This document shows, one piece after another, positions 58,040 through 64,000 of a stretch of DNA of 64,000 bases. Numbering within the stretch: the stretch's first letter is position 1; each line of letters begins with the position of its first letter. The position numbers were made by a program, and so were the translations under genes. The stretch comes from Chthonomonadales bacterium (lineage in GTDB: Bacteria > Armatimonadota > Chthonomonadetes > Chthonomonadales > CAJBBX01). The stretch lies in assembly GCA_027459625.1 (NCBI GenBank), contig DAIDHP010000005.1, positions 130,817-194,816 on the forward strand, in the 5' to 3' direction. The notes beneath the pieces are model-generated. The model saw only the letters and a list, made by a program, of their open reading frames with translations, was not told where the DNA came from and ran no database searches.

Positions 58040-58765
58040 ATGAATGAATCCAACGTCAGCAAATCGGAACACTTGGTACAATTCGCACCGAACGGCGCAA
58101 ACCAAAACCATAACGGGCATTCGGGCATGGACGGACTCTCACTCATCCCGGAGGAATACGCCCGCCTGCATGCGGATATCGAACGAGCCGCAAGTCCGTC
58201 TCGATGTTTTGTTGTGGGCGTCACTTCCGCCGTTTACGGGGAGGGTAAAACCACTGTCGCACTAAACTTGGCGGGAACCATGGCGCAAAACTCCGAGGCT
58301 CGGGTAACCCTAATTGACTTCAATTTGCGCAATTGGGATATGCAAACGCGTCTCAATCTCGAGTCGGTGAAGGGTCTGGTCGACATATTGGAGGGCGCCG
58401 AGGATGACATCACCAACATTCTTCACAAGACAGACTTGGATAACCTATCCTTCATTCCAGCGGGAAGAGCCGCCGCGAATCCCTCGCGCTTAATGAGATC
58501 ATCCCGTCTTCCGGAGGTTATCGATGCGTTAAAGATGAGCAGTGACTTTATCGTGGTCGATATGGCTCCCGTCCTTCCTGTCGCAGATACGAAAGTAATG
58601 GCACGCTTGTTAGATGGCGTGGTCATGGTGGTGCGGTCGGGAGTGACGCCAAGGGAAATAGTCAATCGCGCCATTGAAACGATTGGCTCGGATAAGGTAC
58701 TCGGTGTGGTGTTGAATGGTGTTGAAACGGCGATGCCAAAATGGCTTCAACGATATTTTTCCTAA
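58040..58765 (+). CDS. CpsD/CapB-family BY-kinase domain
   Basis: TSAVYGEGKTT, LIDFNLR, VVDMAPV and DGVVMVVR. No C-terminal Tyr cluster. Confidence 0.88.
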   Translation: MNESNVSKSEHLVQFAPNGANQNHNGHSGMDGLSLIPEEYARLHADIERAASPSRCFVVGVTSAVYGEGKTTVALNLAGTMAQNSEARVTLIDFNLRNWDMQTRLNLESVKGLVDILEGAEDDITNILHKTDLDNLSFIPAGRAAANPSRLMRSSRLPEVIDALKMSSDFIVVDMAPVLPVADTKVMARLLDGVVMVVRSGVTPREIVNRAIETIGSDKVLGVVLNGVETAMPKWLQRYFS

Positions 58766-58779
58766 ATGTCGGATTAAGA

Positions 58780-60000
58780 ATGGTTCTAACACCCCTCATC
58801 GCAGCCATTATCGCGATCTGGCTGGTATTCGTCATATATCAACTTTTTCTGGTATTGTGCGCAACTTTGCCTCACCGCAGCATTGCAAATATCTCAGATA
58901 TCCACCACTTCCACCTGATCATCCCAGCCCATAACGAAGAGATGCTGTTGCGTGAGGTATTGCATCGTCTGAAGGAATTGGAATATGATAATCATCTTTA
59001 TGATATCATTGTCATAGCCGATAATTGCATTGACGCTACTGCATCCATTGCCAAACAATGCGATGTCCGATGTCTGGAACGATTTGAAGAGGATCGAAAA
59101 GGAAAAGGATACGCGTTGGCATGGGCGTTGGATATGCTATTAGCGGAAAGAATTGACACCCTTGACGCATATGTGATTTTGGACGCGGATTCCATCTTGT
59201 CGCAGAATTTCCTAGCCGAGATGAACCGTCTTCTCAATCAAGGTGCAAAAGTTATCCAAGCTCGATATGTTGTGCTCAACACGAATGACAGTTGGCGCAC
59301 ACGTCTTATGGCGTGCGCATTAGATTTGGCGCACCATGCAAAACCTTTAGGCAGACGCAACATCGGTCTTTCAGATGGATTAAAGGGAAATGGGATGTGC
59401 TTTCACGGCGAAATCCTGAGAAATGTTCCTTGGTCTGGCGAAAGTATCACGGAGGATATCGATTACGCCTTAAGACTAAACGAGCGAAGAATTCGTATTG
59501 TCTATTGTCCCGCCGCCACGGTTTCGGCTCAGATGCCAGTGGATTCCAAGCAGGCGGAAACACAAAGAGAGCGTTGGGAGGGTGGCAGGTACGGTTTAAT
59601 GAAACGCGCTTTACCCATATTCATCAAATCTGTTTACAATAACAACATCCTTTTGGCGGATAGAGCTCTGGATATCCTTATCCCCCCTTTCGCGGAGCTT
59701 TTTTCTCTTCCAATTGTTTTGTTGGCCATCCTTGGAGGGCTAAAACTCATTGGTTTTCATCTCCCTTATACAAATTGGTTATTAATTGGGATTTCATTCG
59801 TAATTCTGCTTGAGATTGTTTATCTCATTGCAGGTTTGATCATAGCGAAAACACCTTTGCGCACTGCCCTTTCGCTCTTGCAGGCACCTTTTTACATATT
59901 GTGGAAATTCGGCCTTTACGCGCGGATGATCGCTTCCGGTGGTGTTCGTAACTGGAACCGCACCGAGAGGCAAGATTTTGGATCGATGGCGAAAAAATAA
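58780..60000 (+). CDS. Glycosyltransferase family 2
   Basis: IIPAHNEE, ADNC.D, KGYAL, DAD, GNGM, TEDIDY and QRERWEGG. ATG at 58780 preferred. Confidence 0.92.
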   Translation: MVLTPLIAAIIAIWLVFVIYQLFLVLCATLPHRSIANISDIHHFHLIIPAHNEEMLLREVLHRLKELEYDNHLYDIIVIADNCIDATASIAKQCDVRCLERFEEDRKGKGYALAWALDMLLAERIDTLDAYVILDADSILSQNFLAEMNRLLNQGAKVIQARYVVLNTNDSWRTRLMACALDLAHHAKPLGRRNIGLSDGLKGNGMCFHGEILRNVPWSGESITEDIDYALRLNERRIRIVYCPAATVSAQMPVDSKQAETQRERWEGGRYGLMKRALPIFIKSVYNNNILLADRALDILIPPFAELFSLPIVLLAILGGLKLIGFHLPYTNWLLIGISFVILLEIVYLIAGLIIAKTPLRTALSLLQAPFYILWKFGLYARMIASGGVRNWNRTERQDFGSMAKK

Positions 60001-61460
60001 TGCGTTCCACCGTTGCGATATTTGGAATTCCCATAGACAACCTGAATACCGAACAGACTTTGGAGAGAATTGAGGAATTCATCCAAACGGGTCGGTTCCA
60101 TCAAATCGCCACCGCTAATACAGATTTTCTCATCAAAGCCTATTCGGATCCTGAATTAAAAGCCATTCTTAGAGAAGCGGATCTGGTAGCTCCCGATGGC
60201 ATGCCGGTGGTGCTCGCTTCAAAACTATTAGGGGCTTCGCTGAAGGAGCGAGTAACAGGTGCGGATATAGTTCCTCAATTAGCTGAGTTGGCTGAGAAAA
60301 AAGGCTATCGTATCTTTATGCTTGGAGCCCGTCCCGAGGTAGCGTTGGCAGCGAAGGAGGCTTTGGAAAAGCGACACCCGCATTTGCAGATAGTGGGATG
60401 CATCTCCCCCCCAAACACCCATATAATCGATATGGACAGCCAAATAATTCTTGAACGTTTGGAAGCGGCAGCGCCGGATATCCTGTTGGTTGCCTTCGGT
60501 TGCCCCAAGCAGGAGAAATGGATTCATATGCATCGACACCGCCTTAAGGTGCCCGCATGCATAGGAGTTGGCGGAACCTTTGATTTTATTGCTGGTTCGA
60601 CACCACGCGCCCCTATATGGATGCGGAATTCAGGTCTGGAATGGTTTCATCGGCTGATTTCAGATCCAAGACGGCTCTGGAAACGCTACGCACATGATTT
60701 GTTCAGCTTCACACATTTCATGGCTCTGCATCTCTGGGTGATGAGACGCTCGGCTAATAGTATCGAATCTCGAATTGCCGTATCCCAAATGGGCTCGATT
60801 ACAGTCCTCTCCCTCGTAGGTTCGATGAACGAATCCATTCTTTTGCAGTTTCAAACCCTTTCGGAAGCGGCGTTAAAATCCAATCAGCATCTGGTCATGG
60901 ATTTTCTTTCAACAACGGATATCGACAGCGCTTTTCTGGGGACGTTGATTAATTTGGCGAAACGAGCAAGATATGTATCAAGGGACATTCGGTTGATTGC
61001 AATCTCCGACAGAGTAAGACATGCATTGCAAATATCCGGGGTCCTCGATATTCTTCCGGAATACACAACGTTTACCGATGCCTTCAATGGTCACTTGTCA
61101 GAATCTTTTGAAATTCTCCTTCAAAAAACCGATAATTCATTGAACGTAAGAATGATGGGGAGCATGGACGGAAGTCATCTCACACAAATTGAGGATGTTT
61201 ACAACAACCTGAAATACGGCATGGAGTCAGTGCAAATCGACCTAACACCTGTCACCTATTTAGATTGCGCTGCGATCAAGGCGCTTAACGATCTCGTTCG
61301 TCGGCTTAGTTCAGAAAGGATACGGGTATCGCTTGTGTTTGGTAAAACTGTGAGAGATACATTCAAGAGAGAGAATATATCGAATCTATTCAATATCACC
61401 ATAAACGATACCGCATCGGATAAGTTCATCCAGGAGATATCCCTCTCCAAACAGACGTAA
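60000..61460 (+). CDS. WecB/TagA/CpsF glycosyltransferase fused to two STAS domains
   Basis: TANTDF, PDGMPV, ERVTGAD, AFGCPKQEKW, GVGGTFDF.AG and GLEWFHRL.SDPRRLWKRY, then STAS1 (DIDSAFLG) and STAS2 (YLDCAAI). Confidence 0.88.
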   Translation: MRSTVAIFGIPIDNLNTEQTLERIEEFIQTGRFHQIATANTDFLIKAYSDPELKAILREADLVAPDGMPVVLASKLLGASLKERVTGADIVPQLAELAEKKGYRIFMLGARPEVALAAKEALEKRHPHLQIVGCISPPNTHIIDMDSQIILERLEAAAPDILLVAFGCPKQEKWIHMHRHRLKVPACIGVGGTFDFIAGSTPRAPIWMRNSGLEWFHRLISDPRRLWKRYAHDLFSFTHFMALHLWVMRRSANSIESRIAVSQMGSITVLSLVGSMNESILLQFQTLSEAALKSNQHLVMDFLSTTDIDSAFLGTLINLAKRARYVSRDIRLIAISDRVRHALQISGVLDILPEYTTFTDAFNGHLSESFEILLQKTDNSLNVRMMGSMDGSHLTQIEDVYNNLKYGMESVQIDLTPVTYLDCAAIKALNDLVRRLSSERIRVSLVFGKTVRDTFKRENISNLFNITINDTASDKFIQEISLSKQT

Positions 61461-61601
61461 TTTTTACAGACTGACGAATATGCAACATCGGTATTGTGGA
61501 GTATGAGAATCGAAGACTTACTTCATATCCATTTGAAAAAACATTGGGTATCATGACAATTCATATATTATAGTTACAAGCCTTGGGAGTGTTAAATATC
61601 C

Positions 61602-61862
61602 ATGAAATACGAACTTCAAATCTTTTTCTTTTTCATCTTCATGGGAATCATTGTGAAGAAAATGACTGCCAGCGGTTGGTTTTTCACGATACTTGCGGTA
61701 TTCTCTTGGATCATGGTCAACTGGAAAAAAAACGGGCTTACCGAGGCGTTGGCCGTGTTTTGTTTCCTTTGTCTGTTCGCATGGATATTCTTTAACAAAT
61801 TGAACGAAAAAGATCCCCTTCTGAACCGTCAGAAACGATCCGAGGTGATAAAACATATCTGA
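61602..61862 (+). CDS. Small hypothetical membrane protein
   Basis: 86 aa hydrophobic ORF co-oriented within the EPS cluster, with GGGAG upstream. Confidence 0.4.
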   Translation: MKYELQIFFFFIFMGIIVKKMTASGWFFTILAVFSWIMVNWKKNGLTEALAVFCFLCLFAWIFFNKLNEKDPLLNRQKRSEVIKHI

Positions 61863-61954
61863 AAACCAGGCAGTGTTATTTTCCTTGATTGTCTAAAGTC
61901 ATTAGATAATTTCAATTCAACGTTTTCGGAACTAATTTATTTAACGGCATTCAT

Positions 61955-62539
61955 ATGATGAAATACAGGTTTAAAATTTTCCAGACATTCAAAAGCGAGG
62001 TTTCCCAACTGCATCTTTCACTGCGAATATTAAACCTGATTCTTTTCTTTATGCCTCACTTTTGCTTTAATCGCCTTAGAACCGCGTTTTATCGAATGTA
62101 TGGAATACCTATCGGAAAGGGAACGCTAATTCTTGGCTCCATCGATATTAACTGGGATGGACGCCTCAATCAAAAACTAAAAATTGGCGAGAATTGCCTT
62201 ATTACATGCCCTCTTTATCTGGATGCGAATGCAGAAATAATCATAGGTGATCACGTGGCGATAGGACATCACACCATTATTATCACCACCGATCATGCAT
62301 ATAACTCCACCGGAAGAAGATGCGGTATATCACTCTGCCGACAAATTGTCGTGGAGGATGGTTCTTGGATCGGCGCACGCGCAACCATTTTACCGGGTGT
62401 CACAATTGGAAAAGGAAGCGTTGTGGCGGCGGGATCGGTGGTGACCAAGGATGTGGCGCCAAACACATTGGTGGGCGGAACGCCCGCCAGGATCATTAGA
62501 AATCTAGAAAAATGCCCGGATGCAAGAGATTTCATGTGA
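61955..62539 (+). CDS. Hexapeptide-repeat O-acyltransferase (LacA/Maa-like)
   Basis: IIIGDHVAIG, IVVEDGSWIGARATILPGVTIGKGSVVAAGSVVTKDV and GGTPAR. Confidence 0.92.
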   Translation: MMKYRFKIFQTFKSEVSQLHLSLRILNLILFFMPHFCFNRLRTAFYRMYGIPIGKGTLILGSIDINWDGRLNQKLKIGENCLITCPLYLDANAEIIIGDHVAIGHHTIIITTDHAYNSTGRRCGISLCRQIVVEDGSWIGARATILPGVTIGKGSVVAAGSVVTKDVAPNTLVGGTPARIIRNLEKCPDARDFM

Positions 62540-62548
62540 TAGATCAAA

Positions 62549-64000
62549 ATGACGAAACTACGCAAACCAGTTGCATATGGCTTCCTTCTTTCGATATTTA
62601 TAATCGGAGGGATGGTTGCTTATAATTCTTTATTATCCGGCACAGTATCCAGCGCGGAATACAATATCAATGTATACACTCAAGGGAAGCTGGTCTCCGG
62701 ATGGCAGGATTGGTCCTGGGCAGCCCATGACATGTCATCAACAGACAGAGATTTTCAAAATTTCCCGTCTCTGAGAGCCGACCTATCCGCATGGAAAGGC
62801 GTTTTCTTATATCATGCGCCTTTTTTGACCAATGGATGCAATGCACTTTCATTTTGGATCAATGGCGGGCTCTCCGGCGGACAAAAGATCACAGTAAATC
62901 TCGTGGATGTACGTAAAAAGTTTCTTCCGAATGTGAACCTGTCCAAGTATGTCACGGATGGTTTTGTGCATGCGGGCAAATGGGATTACGTAGTGATTCC
63001 TTTGACATCCTTGCATGGATATCGTCAGTCAATCTCCGGTGTGGTTTTTCAGGCGAATACTGCCGCGAAACAATACCCTGTTTACTTCGCAGACATTCGG
63101 TTTGTAGGCCCGGGGGCACAGGTGTCCAAAGGATGCACGGTTGTTATCAATACATCGGAGGATCGGCATCAGATCAGCCCTTATGTTTACGGGATGGCAA
63201 GCGCACCTGCGGAATATTTACAAGATTTGAAGCTTGGTTCCAATAGATGGGGCGGAAATCCATCGAGTACTTACAACTGGGCGAAGGGTAATTGTTGGAA
63301 CGCCGGAAGGGATTGGGGATTTCGCAATGGAAATTACGGTCATAATTCACCTGCCGACAGACGTCCATCGGGAGTTGCCGATAAATTCATCTCAACGAAT
63401 AAGGTTTGGGGGGTGGCAACCGTTCTAACCATTCCCACCATTGGATACGTGGCGCGGGATGACAATAACAATACCCGCTCAATCGATGTGCCTGCGCAGG
63501 GCGGGGTGCCAATAAGTTCGGGAAGTGACGCGATTAAAGGGTATGATCCTTCATACAATCAAATGAAAGTATATGTGCGATCTTACCCTCGCAAAAACGG
63601 TCCATTTCAGTTTCCACCGGATTTATCCGATAATGCAGTATATCAGGATGAATGGGTGGCCCATTTGGTTCATACTTTCGGAAACGCCGCGCATGGTGGA
63701 GTGAAATTTTATGAAATGGATAATGAACCCGATCTCTGGGACGTCACTCATACGGATATCCATCCGGTAAGAGTGGGATATGACGATCTGCTATCCAATT
63801 TTCTCGCATACGCCACGGCGATAAAGAATGTTGACCCTTCTTGCATGGTGACAGGACCGGTTTCATGGGGATGGACAGGTTATTTCTATTCCGCTAGGGA
63901 CAGAAATAATTGGGTTGCCCGCCCTGATCGCAAGGCGCACGGGGATATGCCGTTGATCCCATGGTTTTTGCAGGCGGTTCACAAGCACGACATGCAGATG
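62549..64000 (+). CDS. Glycoside hydrolase family 44 with N-terminal carbohydrate-binding-like domain (3'-partial)
   Basis: Not in the ORF track because it runs off the window. ATG at 62549 is open to 64000 with an N-terminal TM/signal, ISPYVYG, RWGGN.SSTYNW, YQDEWV, FYEMDNEPDLW..TH and GPVSWGW. Confidence 0.88.
   Translation, partial: MTKLRKPVAYGFLLSIFIIGGMVAYNSLLSGTVSSAEYNINVYTQGKLVSGWQDWSWAAHDMSSTDRDFQNFPSLRADLSAWKGVFLYHAPFLTNGCNALSFWINGGLSGGQKITVNLVDVRKKFLPNVNLSKYVTDGFVHAGKWDYVVIPLTSLHGYRQSISGVVFQANTAAKQYPVYFADIRFVGPGAQVSKGCTVVINTSEDRHQISPYVYGMASAPAEYLQDLKLGSNRWGGNPSSTYNWAKGNCWNAGRDWGFRNGNYGHNSPADRRPSGVADKFISTNKVWGVATVLTIPTIGYVARDDNNNTRSIDVPAQGGVPISSGSDAIKGYDPSYNQMKVYVRSYPRKNGPFQFPPDLSDNAVYQDEWVAHLVHTFGNAAHGGVKFYEMDNEPDLWDVTHTDIHPVRVGYDDLLSNFLAYATAIKNVDPSCMVTGPVSWGWTGYFYSARDRNNWVARPDRKAHGDMPLIPWFLQAVHKHDMQM

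Overview
64 kb of a bacterial chromosome of moderate GC. The gene mix (secreted novel glycoside hydrolases, PL4 lyase, DivIVA, Sdh1-type SDH, RHS cores) suggests a diderm soil saccharolytic organism such as Armatimonadota; this is inference only. Left to right: a GH71/99-like enzyme, TIM-barrel epimerase and ppc; a minus-strand run of aldolase, hypothetical, recR, NAPRTase and a degenerate macrodomain; an accessory zone (about 10.3-20.6 kb) with an intact ISL3, head-less RHS toxin/immunity cassettes and decayed MFS and VapC genes; CAZymes, a flippase and dapF; an Rrf2-regulated NO-detox cluster (qNor, cupin, Ric, YwiC) with two clear palindromic operators; a mycobacterial Sdh1-like SDH; an ECF sigma and an EAL protein; an AT-rich three-gene module; a 1375-aa secreted GH-like protein, sua5, an oxidoreductase and an orphan E2; a pseudokinase-DivIVA pair, copA and a Nudix hydrolase; and the start of an EPS cluster (split Wzc, GT2, WecB-STAS-STAS, acetyltransferase, GH44 running off the window). 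The best candidate for an undescribed system is the three-gene module at 37889-42713: a divergent sigma-70-like factor, an XRE-HTH/anti-sigma-like protein, and an IrrE/ImmA metalloprotease fused to an intact UvrD helicase and an Fe-S-stapled, apparently dead nuclease domain. No rRNA, tRNA or CRISPR array was seen. All family calls come from reading motifs by eye; no database search was run.
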